Below are positions 24,498 through 36,040 of a stretch of DNA of 64,000 bases, piece by piece. Position numbers and translations under genes: made by a program. A model generated the notes under the pieces. It saw only the letters and a program-made list of their open reading frames with translations, was not told the DNA's origin and did not search any database. The DNA comes from Octopus sinensis (Eukaryota). Every line of letters starts with the position of its first letter. The first letter of the stretch is position 1. The stretch lies in contig NC_042999.1 in the NCBI RefSeq assembly GCF_006345805.1, positions 153,016,001 to 153,080,000 on the forward strand, written 5' to 3'.

Positions 24498-25039
24498 AAG
24501 TGATAGTACCAATCCAATATACTGCTTGTAATGTACCCAATTATTTATACTCAGTTGCTAGCTATGGCGTGGCAATCTCGCAATTGAATATTATATATGG
24601 GCAGGGTTAAAAGTGATTTACCCTTAATTCATACGGCAAATAAGAAAATGGAGAGAATATACAAAAACGACATACATCAGCCGGTAGACATTCTCGTATG
24701 GAAATTTATTCCAAAGTATTAGAAAGTATTAGAGGAATACATACACATGTAATAACCATGTATTACATACACATGTACTAATATTACAGAAAAGAGCAAA
24801 AGATCTGATTGTCAGTGTGTACTAGTTCCTTGCGGCCGTTTCTACGAAGTGGCAACGAAATCATCCATGCCATCTCCATCTCTTCAGTGTTCTGTGGGGA
24901 TGGGCCGATAAGTTTTGGATGATGAATGTGCCTCTAGGCTCCTTCAGAAGATCTAAGTGGTTGGGGGGGTTTAATACATATAAGAAACAGTTAACAATCG
25001 ATAGCAATAGTAGCTATTAACTGTTTTTTATATGTATTA

Positions 25040-26092
25040 GCCTTCACAACCACTTGACCCTCGTACAGAGTTTGAATTGTTTCTAGACCTTGTAGTGATG
25101 ATAGTGGAGGATATCAACTCCTTACTTGTTTTTCTAAAATGCTCCATAAAGGTTTAATAATATTGAGATCTGGGGATTGTGGTAGCCAGATAAGATGTTC
25201 AACTTTACTAGAATGTTCCTCGTGCCACTCAGTAACAAATTTAGGTGCGTAAATTGGTGCATTATCATCCTGAAAGATTGTGCTTCCATCCGGAAACAGT
25301 TCCGAACCATAGTATGAATTTGATCAGATAAAATGCTTAGTAGTGTTGGCTATTAATTCTGCCACAAAAGGAAACCATTGGGCCGACGAATTTCCAAGAT
25401 TTCCAAGATATAGTCCCCCAGATTACCACAGATTCTCCTCCATGTTTAGCAGTTGGAAGAAAGTAGTCTGGTCCAAATGCTTCTTTTGGCTGTCTCTACA
25501 CGTATACTCGGCTGGTGGTCGGAAATAAGGTAAAGGATGACTCGTCCTTGAAAATAATATTAGTCCACTGTTCTAAGAAGAAAGTAGTGGTTTTCTAATT
25601 TCAGCCCCCCGTCAAATCCAGCTTTGAGCAACTCCCGGCGAACAACTTTTGAGGAAATTGGGTTCTCGGGATGGTCAATAAGCAGTAATTTTTGGAGTTA
25701 TAATTTTGTGATCCTTCTAACAATCCTTATCTGAACGTGTTGCTTTTCTTCTGGAGTTTTGTTTCGACAAGAAGTTTTTCCCTCTTTCTCAAATGCTGTC
25801 ATTACTTTCGAGAGAGTACTTCTTGATACACCAAACATTTCAGCTGTTTTCGTTACGCTATCGCCTACCATACGAGCACCAACAATTTGACCTCTTTGAA
25901 AGTCTGATAGATTTGTCGTTTTAATGAATTTTAATTACCTTTTTTTGATGGTATCTGAAAAGAAACAGCAATTTTAGTAAAACATATTAAGCAACACTAA
26001 TAATGAATTTAAATAAAAACAAGCTTTGACGGTTTTATAGATATTTCAAAATTATGATGCTAGGTGTTTCCATTATTTTCTCAAACCCCCTG
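25040..26092 (-). mobile_element. Tc1-family transposon relic (one TIR, decayed DD34E-type transposase)
   Basis: TA|CAGGGGGTTTGAGAAAATAATGGAAACACCT terminus at 26092. Reads (ACG)TNLSDFQRGQIVGARM...IFKDESSFTLFPT...KHGG.SV.IWG...IFQDDNAP...W.PQSPDLNIIKPLW, with start codon and third catalytic E mutated, stops and deletions. Confidence 0.95.
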
Positions 26093-26160
<68 letters not shown>

Positions 26161-26161
<1 letters not shown>

Positions 26162-26552
26162 GGGTAAAGACCCCCTTCGGTCATGAATGACCATGGGATT
26201 GCACCTAGAAAGTTACCCTCCTAGACACAAGTCCGGGCAAGGTTGTTTATGGAAGACCAGCAGTCGCCCATGCATACCAGCCTCCCCTCTCCACGCCACC
26301 AGTGTTATCCAAGGGAAAGACAAAGGTCGATACAGCTTGGCACCAGTGACGTCGCAACTCATTTCTACAGCTGAGTGAACTGGAGCAACGTGAAATAAAG
26401 TGCCTTGCTCAAGAACACGAGAGGCTTCTTTCAGTTTCCATCTACCAAATCCACTCTTAAAGCTTTGGTCGATCCGCCCGAGGCTATAGTAGAAGCAATG
26501 GCGGAGGGAGAACGCAGACACAAACACACACACACACCACACACACACACAA

Positions 26553-26592
<40 letters not shown>

Positions 26593-26972
26593 AAGACCCC
26601 CTTCGGTCATGAATGACCATGGGATTGCACCTAGAAAGTTACCCTCCTAGACACAAGTCCGGGCAAGGTTGTTATGGAAGACCAGCAGTCGCCCATGCAT
26701 ACCAGCCTCCCCTCTCCACGCACCAGTGTTATCCAAGGAAAGACAAAGGTCGATACAGCTTGGCACCAGTGACGTCGCAACTCATTTCTACAGCTGAGTG
26801 AACTGGAGCAACGTGAAATAAAGTGCCTTGCTCAAGAACACGAGAGGCTTCTTTCAGTTTCCATCTACCAAATCCACTCTTAAAGCTTTGGTCGATCCGC
26901 CCGAGGCTATAGTAGAAGCAATGGCGGAGGGAGAAACGCAGACACAAACACACACACACACACACACACACA

Positions 26973-27017
<45 letters not shown>
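26161..27017. repeat. head-to-tail duplication of a ~426-bp composite SINE-fragment unit
   Basis: GGTAAAGACCCCCTTCGG at 26163 and 26589; copies differ mostly by 1-nt indels. Confidence 0.95.
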
Positions 27018-27020
<3 letters not shown>

Positions 27021-28490
27021 ACAATTGAGGGTAAAATTAATTAATTAATCAATTTCACCAAGTGTTCAGTATGTAAAAGGACCATTTAAGGCGAATTCAA
27101 AATATTACATTATATAATTAGGGCTTAGTAAAATAAATTACTTTGCCACATACTGAACATAGTAGAAATAGCAGCCAAAAAAAATTTTTTTCTTAGCATT
27201 TCTACTACTTAAAGAAAATTTCTCTCAGATAATGTTTACTCCAGACAGCTCACGAAGGTTTGGGGGTAAATACAGAAAAATATCACAAGTACATAGATCG
27301 TTTGAGTGCGTCAACGTTTCAAGATTAGCCAAATAAAATCAGCATTTCTTTCAAATTTCTTAATTTGGATTTGGAATCACTAAAAAGAAGGAACTTTACC
27401 TATCAGCGTACTTGTCGCTTCAGATGAACCACTGAACCACTCCAACTAAACAGTGTCAACAAATTCAAAATGCGCAGGCGTAAAATTCTGCACTCCCGAT
27501 TCCACCCACGTGGTCTATCTAGCAAACATTATATTTTAACCGCGAGAACCGAGGCAGTATGACCGAGAGAAATGAATTATAATATCAACAATTGAGGGTA
27601 AAATTAATTGATTAATCAATTTCACCAAGTGTTCAGTATGTAAAAGGACCATTTAAGGCGAATTCAAAATATTACATTATATAATTAGGGCTTAGTAAAA
27701 TAAATTACTTTGCCACATACTGAACTTAGTAGAAATAGCAGCCAAAAAAAAATTTTGTTAGCATTTCTACTACTTAAAGAAAATTTCTCTCAGAGCTGTC
27801 TGGAGTAAACATTATCTGAGAGAAATTTTCTTTAAGTAGTAGAAATGCTAAGAAAAATTTTTTTTGGCTGCTATTTCTACTAAGTTCAGTATGTGGCAAA
27901 GTAATTTATTTTACTAAGCCCTAATTATATAATGTAATATTTTGAATTCGCCTTAAATGGTCCTTTTACATACTGAACACTTGGTGAATTGATTAATAAT
28001 TAATTTTACCCTCAATTGTTGATATTATAATTCATTTCTCTCGGTCATACTGCCTCGGTTCTCGCGGTTTAAAATATAATGCTTGCTAGATAGCCACGTG
28101 GGTGGAATCGGGAGTGCAGAATTTTACGCCTGCGCATTTGAATTTGTTGACACTGTTTAGTTGGAGTGGTTCATCTGAAGCGACAAGTACGCTGATAGGT
28201 AAAGTTCCTTCTTTTTAGTTTCCAAATCCAAATTAAGAAATTTTGAGCTGACGAAACAAATGCTGATTTTATTTGGCTAATCTTGAAACGTTGACGTACT
28301 CAAACGATCTATGTACTTGTGATATTTTTCTGTATTTACCCCCAAACCTTCGTGAGCTGTCTGGAGTAAACATTATCTGAGAGAAATTTTCTTTAAGTAG
28401 TAGAAATGCTAAGAAAAAATTTTTTTTTGGCTGCTATTTCTACTAAGTTCAGTATGTGGCAAAGTAATTTATTTTACTAAGCCTAATTAT
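27018..28490. repeat. fold-back array of a ~565-bp unit (1.4 units, then 1.2 inverted units; 22-nt central spacer)
   Basis: TCAACAATTGAGGG at 27018 and 27585; inversion point 27793/27794; AGCTGTCTGG at 27794 and 28355; (TA)n at both outer ends. Confidence 0.96.
28242..28304 (+). ncRNA. type I hammerhead ribozyme motif
   Basis: Stem I TTTGAG/CTCAAA; core CTGACGA (28248-54) and GAAA (28285-88); stem III A-C-G/C-G-T with TTGA loop; GUA cleavage triplet (after 28298). Stem II is imperfect. Confidence 0.75.
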
Positions 28491-28529
<39 letters not shown>

Positions 28530-28564
28530 ATATTATATATATATATATATATATAATATATATC

Positions 28565-28722
28565 TGCTTCTTTCAGTTTGTCTATCACATCTACTCACAA
28601 GTCTTTGGTCGGCCCAAGGATATAGTAAAAGACACTTGCTCATGGTGTCACGCAGTTGGACTGAACCCGGAACCATGGTAGTTGGGAAGCAAGCTTCTTA
28701 CCACACTGTCACTTCTGCGCCT
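28565..28722 (-). mobile_element. SINE family C, head half
   Basis: tRNA head and first module only. Confidence 0.8.
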
Positions 28723-29624
28723 ATATATTTTAAAAAGTTTATTTATTTATTTTTACCATTGTCAATGTCATCCTGTGAGATGACGTCATGACGTGGCGAT
28801 GACATTGTCGATACCGGTTCTGTCGGTGTTCATGTCGCTGAAGAATCAATTTCTTTTGTTTCTTTTTTCTTCTTTTTTTCTCTTTTTTTTGTTTTGTTTT
28901 TTATCTGCTGAAATGAAATCGTCAAAAATTTCAATATTTATAGAAATTATTCTTTTCCGACTTTCTTCAATTATATTTTTCGACTACAATTCCCAGCAGA
29001 ACCATTCTACTTCATTATTTTTATTTTTACCAATTCTACTTAATTTATTTTAATTTCTTTATCTTTATTCATAAGAATTAATTGTTAATTAATATTAAAT
29101 ATCACTATTTTCTGCCGACGTTTATGTTAATATTCCCTATTTATTGTTGTTGTGACTGTTGTTGTGGTTTTAGTTAGATTCTTAAGATTTTGCGAAAACT
29201 TTGAACAGACTGTTTATTTTTGTTCCTGCAAATGGCCATATCTCAGGCTGTTCTTCGCATAATTCCAAACATTCTTTAAGATATATATTTTGTTGATGAT
29301 GTTGTTGCTGTTTTTTGTTTTCGTTTTTTTCTTTCTTTTTGTCATTGTAGGTGGTGGGCATTGATGCTTTTGTTGTTGGAGTTGTTATCAAAGTACTTTA
29401 TTTTCTGCCACGTCAGCCCTGAAGGAGCTAACCCCAGATCAAAGACGTTCCACTCATGACCACAGAGGCTTTCCCCCAGGAAGAGTGAACATATGATCAG
29501 GTTATATAACACAAGCTACATGTTCCCAGCGTATGATTTGAGGGAGAGCTGGCTGTTATTTGTACTAAATCGCGTGACTGACAAAAAAGACAAAATTGAT
29601 GGTGGTGATACTATTATTATCATT

Positions 29625-29797
29625 ATAGGCGCAGGAATAGCTGTGTAGTAAGAAGCTTGCTTCCCAACCATATGGTTCCGGGTTCAGTCCCACTACGTGG
29701 CACCTCGGGCAAGTGTCTTCTGCTATAGCCTCTGGCCGACCAGAGCCTTGTGAATAAATTTGGTAGACGGGAACTGAAAGAAGCCCGTCGTATATGT
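29625..29797 (+). mobile_element. SINE family C, head half
   Basis: ATAGGCGCAGGAATAGCTGTGTAG...GGTTCAGTCCC. Confidence 0.85.
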
Positions 29798-29866
29798 ATA
29801 TTATCCATACAATTTCAAAGTAAGGTGATTAAAATCAAAATAAGCAGCAAGGATATCCAGAGGTAA

Positions 29867-29953
29867 TGCAGTACGATCGTTTCATGCAACTCCATTTAAT
29901 TGAACAATGCAATCATTACATCAATTTAAAATCCAGACGAATCTTCAGCTGCA
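29867..29953 (-). ncRNA. type I hammerhead ribozyme motif with long, partly decayed stem II
   Basis: Minus strand TGCAG-CTGAAGA-(58 nt hairpin)-GAAA-CGATCG-TA-CTGCA: stem I TGCAG/CTGCA, palindromic stem III, GUA site. Confidence 0.7.
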
Positions 29954-30632
29954 CAAAGACATAAAATTTAATGAAATTAGAATAGATAGACACAGTATAA
30001 TTACACCTAAAATTCCCAAGAAGTTATGGAGATAGATACAGAACATGCTGTCTCACTCCAGCATAGAAGTTAAGAAGTTTTTCAAGACGATATACACGGA
30101 CTCTGCCTGTCACTGACTTTTTTGTTTTTATGGGGTCAGTTTTAATTTATAGACTAGTTTATCAAACCCCTTGTATATCTAAGGTTGAGAGAACAGAGGA
30201 CAGTATCTGTTAGGGGTAGGGCTGAGGAAGCAGACAGACATCATAGTTGGTATAGTCATAAAAATCAAGATTTATTAGAAGCAATATCATGAGGTTTGGT
30301 AAAGGAAAACTTAAAACCAGATGTTAGCTGACAATTAAGGGGATCGCCCACTAGCAGGCCATTGATAATGAAACAGGGGCAGTCTTATCATGTAGTACTA
30401 TAGTAACATATTTTAAACACTGTTGCTATATTGTATACAGTTAAAGTTCCGGGTTATTCAGAGGATTATTAAGAAGAATATTATGACAAAAGGATAGAAA
30501 TTTATGAATACTTTTGTGTATATACCAAACTTTTACCACAGTAGAGGGAGGAAAAGAAATTATATAGAAATAGTTTAATATTTATACATATTGTACACTT
30601 AAATACTAACTCATCAGATGGTACCTGTGAAT

Positions 30633-30732
30633 NNNNNNNNNNNNNNNNNNNNNNNNNNNNNNNNNNNNNNNNNNNNNNNNNNNNNNNNNNNNNNNNNNNN
30701 NNNNNNNNNNNNNNNNNNNNNNNNNNNNNNNN
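30633..30732. other. assembly gap (100 N)
   Basis: Exactly 100 N, the usual placeholder for an unsized scaffold join; contiguity across it is not guaranteed. Confidence 0.98.
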
Positions 30733-31090
30733 TTCTTCCATCTTATCCTAGTTTTTCTCGGGGATTGGCCAAATTGGAGCAATCTCGAGTATATTAAAGC
30801 TAGGTATTTTTCCTGATGGCGTTATATTATTCCCGCACACAAACACACACACGCGCACACACACAGTCACACACACTCACACATATAGGGCAGTTATACT
30901 TCCCCGTCAGAGTATTTATACTGCGTACTTACAGCTTTACGAGTTTTTATCTATTATATTTTGCAATATAGTTGTTTTGGCACGCCCAGTTACAATTAGA
31001 GGCGATAGAACATTTCTTTTGTGGCATCATACTGCACCTAGCAGTTTGTATTAATTTGTATGTGTGTGTGTAAATACCTATATACATACA

Positions 31091-31325
31091 TAATAAATGC
31101 ACCACTGGGATATGTAACACACAGACTAAATACCAATCTTGAGAAATTAGGCTTCTCAAAACCAGAAAGGAGAAAGCTGATTCGAAGATCCTAGCTATTA
31201 CTGGAACTATAAAAATCTGTAAAACTTTCCAGAGGTTTATCACTTTAGTATATATGAGAATGTCTAGATATGCAACTATATGCATGGGAAGAATGCATAA
31301 AGCAAAATATACAAATCTGTACATA
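31091..31325 (+). mobile_element. second coding copy of the (ACAT)n-associated RLE LINE
   Basis: Reads INAPLGYVTHRLNTNLEKLGFSKPERRKLIRR, then (frameshift) ITGTIKICKTFQRF. Homologous to 4846-5045; TACA repeats on both sides. Confidence 0.75.
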
Positions 31326-31474
31326 TACATACACACATACATACATACATACATACATACATACATACTACATACATACATACATACAACGACTCTCCAC
31401 CCACAGAATTTCAGGATTTGTGTCTATAGTAGAAAACACCACCACCATCACCACCTTCATCATCGTCATCATCG

Positions 31475-31582
<108 letters not shown>

Positions 31583-31800
31583 TTGTGTTATCTGGGGATG
31601 GTCATGTTGCCAGTTTAGCCAATATATATATTTAGTGTTCACTTGCTTCAGCTTTATTTTATATTAATTCACCAAATATATAGTGCGTGTGTTTTTATTG
31701 GCTAAAGTGGCAACATGACCATCCCAAATAAGAACAATATCTGTTTCTACACACGAATTCATATCAAGAATCTTGCAAAACGAATATATAAACGTTATTA

Positions 31801-31847
<47 letters not shown>

Positions 31848-32025
31848 CTTTCGAAGCGCCTCCCCCTATTGGGAGTTTTTCCTTGTTACAATCTTTCGTT
31901 GTTAAACTGTTTTTACACGATTTTTTCACAAACGGACAAAACCCTTTGTAACCTTTCGTCCTGTTTTGTCCCTTTATGTTTTCTAATCATGTGTGTCAGC
32001 CCTTGTGGCCAATAAAAAATAATTA

Positions 32026-32084
<59 letters not shown>

Positions 32085-32502
32085 GATTATTATTATTTGA
32101 AAACTCACAGCTTATTTTGCTGGGTATGATGGAAAGTGTCAACTGTCCACAGTCAGCAGACTAAGGTGACGCTTGATTACTGGTCATGCTTCAAGAACCC
32201 TTCGAAGAATTCTTTCAGTTCCAAGCGATGCTGATTTTTGTAGGTGTTCTATCTTCACACTGGCACCAATCTTTTTCAGTCATGTCGTATCACCTGAGTG
32301 CTGATACTTCTAAGTGTACCAATGACTATTGGAATCACGTCTACTCTTTTCATTGACCACAACCTTCGTATTTCCCGCTTCAAATCATCGTAGTTGTCTT
32401 TTTTCTTCTTCTTCTTCCACATTGATCCTGTTGTCACCGAAGTATGGTATATCGATTATCATGCATGCTTCTTCTTTCTCTCTTTCTTATTATACTCTCT
32501 TT

Positions 32503-32880
32503 ACTCTTTTACTTGTTTCAGTCATTTGACTGTGGCCATGCTGGAGCGCCGCCTTTATTCGAGCAAATCAATCCCATGACTTATTCTTTGTAAGCCTAGC
32601 ACTTATTCTCTCGTTCTCTTTTGCCAAACCGCTAAGTTACGGGGACGTAAACACACCAGCTTCGGTTGTCAGGCGATGTTGGACGGGGTGGGGGGGACAA
32701 ACACAGACACACAAACACACAGTTACATACATATATATACATATATACGGCGGGCTTCTTGCAGTTTCCGCCTACCAAATCCACTCACAAGGCTTTGGTC
32801 GGCCCGAGGCTATAGTAGAAGACACTTGCCCAAGGTGCCATGCAGTGGGACTGAACCCGGAACCTTGTGGTTCTTAAGCA
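32503..32880 (-). mobile_element. SINE family C
   Basis: Colinear; the 5' tip is lost into the adjacent (TTA)n. Confidence 0.88.
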
Positions 32881-32892
32881 TTATTATTATTA

Positions 32893-32930
<38 letters not shown>

Positions 32931-32984
32931 TAATATTATTATCAATTATTATTATTATTACTACTACTACTATTGCTGCTGCTG

Positions 32985-33015
<31 letters not shown>

Positions 33016-33226
33016 ACCTACTACTACTACACCTACTACTACTACACCTACTACTATACTATTAATATCATTATACCACTGGGTCGATTTTGCCTTTCAT
33101 CCTTTCGGGGTCGAGCAAACAAGTACCAGTTGTACTCTGGGATCGAGGCAATCGACTCATCCCCTCCCGCCAAAATTACTGCCCTCGTGGCAAAATTTGA
33201 AACCATTATTATCATCATCATTACCA

Positions 33227-33257
<31 letters not shown>

Positions 33258-33259
33258 TA

Positions 33260-33311
<52 letters not shown>

Positions 33312-33334
33312 TATATTATTATTATTATTATTAA

Positions 33335-33376
<42 letters not shown>

Positions 33377-33410
33377 TATTATTATTATTATTATTATTAT
33401 TATCATTATT

Positions 33411-33442
<32 letters not shown>

Positions 33443-34393
33443 ATTATTATTATTATTATTACTATTACTGTGGTCATTTTTGTTCTCGTTGTTTATTTCA
33501 TCAACCAAACCCCTTTCACATCAATCAGTATTCAGTTTTTGGTTTATCTTTGAGGAAACCATCAGCCTGAGTAGGTAACCGTTATCAAGAACCACTCTAC
33601 CTTCTCTCTCTCTCTCTCTCTGTATTTGCATATTTCCAAAGAATGATGGTATTTTTATAAATTCTTCCGCCACAGCTTCTGATTTATGCGTATACCAATT
33701 CTCTTCAGTGCTGCTGATATTTCAAACATCTCTGTTTATCGCTCTTGATAGCCAGCTTTCCTGTTATTAATGGTGTTATTTGACTTGTCTACACTTAAAA
33801 TATTCAATCATAACACGATTTATAGTCTCTTATTCTTTCTTTCTTCTTTCCTTCTTCTTTTCTTTCTTCTTTCTTTCTTTCTTTCTCATTCTGTCTTTGT
33901 CTCTCTGCCTCTCTGTCTCTTGCCTCTCTGTCTCTCTGCCTCTCTGTCTCTCTCTGTCTCTCTCTGTCTGTCTCTCTCTGACGTATTACCAGTTTTTGTT
34001 GCTATTGCCTGTTGTTGATGGGGATGTTATTGAAGTACTTTTTTCCTGTTCTATGATGTATTTATCGTTGTTGTTGTTGCTGTTGTTTAGCTCCAAGTTG
34101 ACCTCGATCGAAAACAGACTTATGATGAAAGGCATTCCAACTGTGACCATCAAGTATTTTTTTTTGTTCAAAGACTTCTTACTAAATTGCTAAGGCTGCG
34201 CTTGGTATCATGTCTCTTGCTTCATCCAAAACAGTCAGGATTGATTTGGGGGGAGATTTGGCTGCTATTTTTAACAATCAGAACAACAATGTTCTTTATC
34301 TTTTTGAGTACTGTTGAGGATTGGATCAATGTAGTCGACTTACCCTCCCCCGCAAAATTGCTGGCCTTGTGCCAAAATTTGAAATTACTGCTG

Positions 34394-34424
<31 letters not shown>

Positions 34425-34471
34425 GCTGCTGCTGCTACTATTACTGCTGCTGCTGCTGCTGTTGCTGCAGG

Positions 34472-34506
<35 letters not shown>

Positions 34507-34572
34507 TTGCTGCTGCTGCTACTACTACTACTACTGCTGCTGCTGCTGTTACTGCTGGTACTACTACTTCTG

Positions 34573-34617
<45 letters not shown>

Positions 34618-34627
34618 TACTACCAAT

Positions 34628-34838
34628 GCAGCGAGCTGGTTGAATCGTTAGCACGACGGACAGACAGCTTAGCGGCATTTCGTTCGTCTTTGCTGTCACA
34701 GTTCGAATTCTGCCGAGGTCGACTTTGCCTTTCATCTGTTTAGTCGATAAACTAAGTGCCAGTTGAGTACTGGGGTTGATGTGATCGACTAGCCCTCTCC
34801 CCACAAAGTTCCACACTTTCTGCGTATAGTAGAAAGGA

Positions 34839-34842
<4 letters not shown>
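34628..34842 (+). mobile_element. SINE family B (alternative tail) with (TTA)n tail
   Basis: GCGAGCTGG head, GCCTTTCATC..GTCGATAA core. Confidence 0.82.
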
Positions 34843-34886
<44 letters not shown>

Positions 34887-35172
34887 TATTACTGTTTCTC
34901 GGCACTTTGCATTCTGAGTTTAATTCCCACCGATGTCCATTTTACCTTTCATCTTTTCGAATTCGATATATTAACGACTAGACAATCGCTTCATTTATGG
35001 CTTCAATGATATAATTATATATATATATATGTGTGTAATAATATATATATATATATTATATATATATATATATATACATACAGTAGCACATCGGTTTTCG
35101 AACAACTCTGATCGCGATGGTGTATATATATATATATATATTATATATATATATATATATATTCCCTCCATA

Positions 35173-35410
35173 ATTGCCCACATAGTGGTTAAGAGCGCGG
35201 GTTACTAACCCCAAGATTCCGAGTTCGATTCCAGGCAGTGACCTGAATAATAATAATAATAATTATATCGAAAAACACCTTAGGAATGAGAACCCAAGTT
35301 CGAAATTTCCCCAAGACACCTGATGAAGGCTGGTGGGTATATTATCCGAAATGCTAATGTTACAACAAACATGATGAGGACAAATATCCGTCAAGCATAA
35401 ATAATGTACA
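35173..35410 (+). mobile_element. tRNA-headed short element with decayed hammerhead-like 3' module
   Basis: A-box TAGTGGTTAAGAGC, B-box GAGTTCGATTCC, (TAA) spacer, then GACAC-CTGATGA-A-GGCTG...TATCC-GAAA (35315-35351). Confidence 0.6.
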
Positions 35411-35417
35411 CAAGCAA

Positions 35418-35796
35418 TCTTTTCGACTCTAGTCACAAGCTCCAAAATATTGGGGGAGGGAGCCAGTCGATTAGATCGACCCCAGTACGTAACTGGTACT
35501 TAATATATCAACCCCGAAAGGATGAAAGGCAAAGTCGACCACGGCGGAATTTGTACTCAGAACGTAAAGACAGACGAAATACCTATTTCTTTACTACCCA
35601 CAAGGGGTTAAACACAGAAAGGACAAGCAAGGACAGACAAATGGATTAAGTTGATTATGGTACTTAATTTATAGACCCCGAAAGGATGAAAAGCAAAGTC
35701 GACCTCGGCGGAATTTGAACTCAGAACATAGCGACGGGCAAAATACCACGAAGCACTTCGCCCGGCGGGCTAGCGATTCTGCCAGCTCGCCGCCTT
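35418..35796 (-). mobile_element. two adjacent or nested SINE family B copies
   Basis: Two cores (35495-35560, 35665-35720) with different tails. Confidence 0.82.
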
Positions 35797-35840
35797 GCAA
35801 CAGACCACAAGAAATCAACAATATTCTTTTATTCTTTTCC

Positions 35841-36040
35841 TTGTTTCAGTCATTTGACTGCGGCCATGCTGGAGCTCCGCCTTTTGTCGAGCAAATCGAC
35901 TCTAGGACTTATTCTTTGTGAGCCTAGTACTTATTCTATCATTTTCTTTTGCCGAACTGCTAAGTAAACTGAGGGACTGAACTCGGAACCATGTGTTTGG
36001 GAAGCAAGCTTCTTATCACACAACCACTTCTGCACCTATC
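35841..36040 (-). mobile_element. SINE family C with internal deletion
   Basis: Tail joined directly to head at about 35968. Confidence 0.78.

Noticed and set aside
30502-30741. ORF spanning the N run
   Set aside because: Artefact of the assembly gap.
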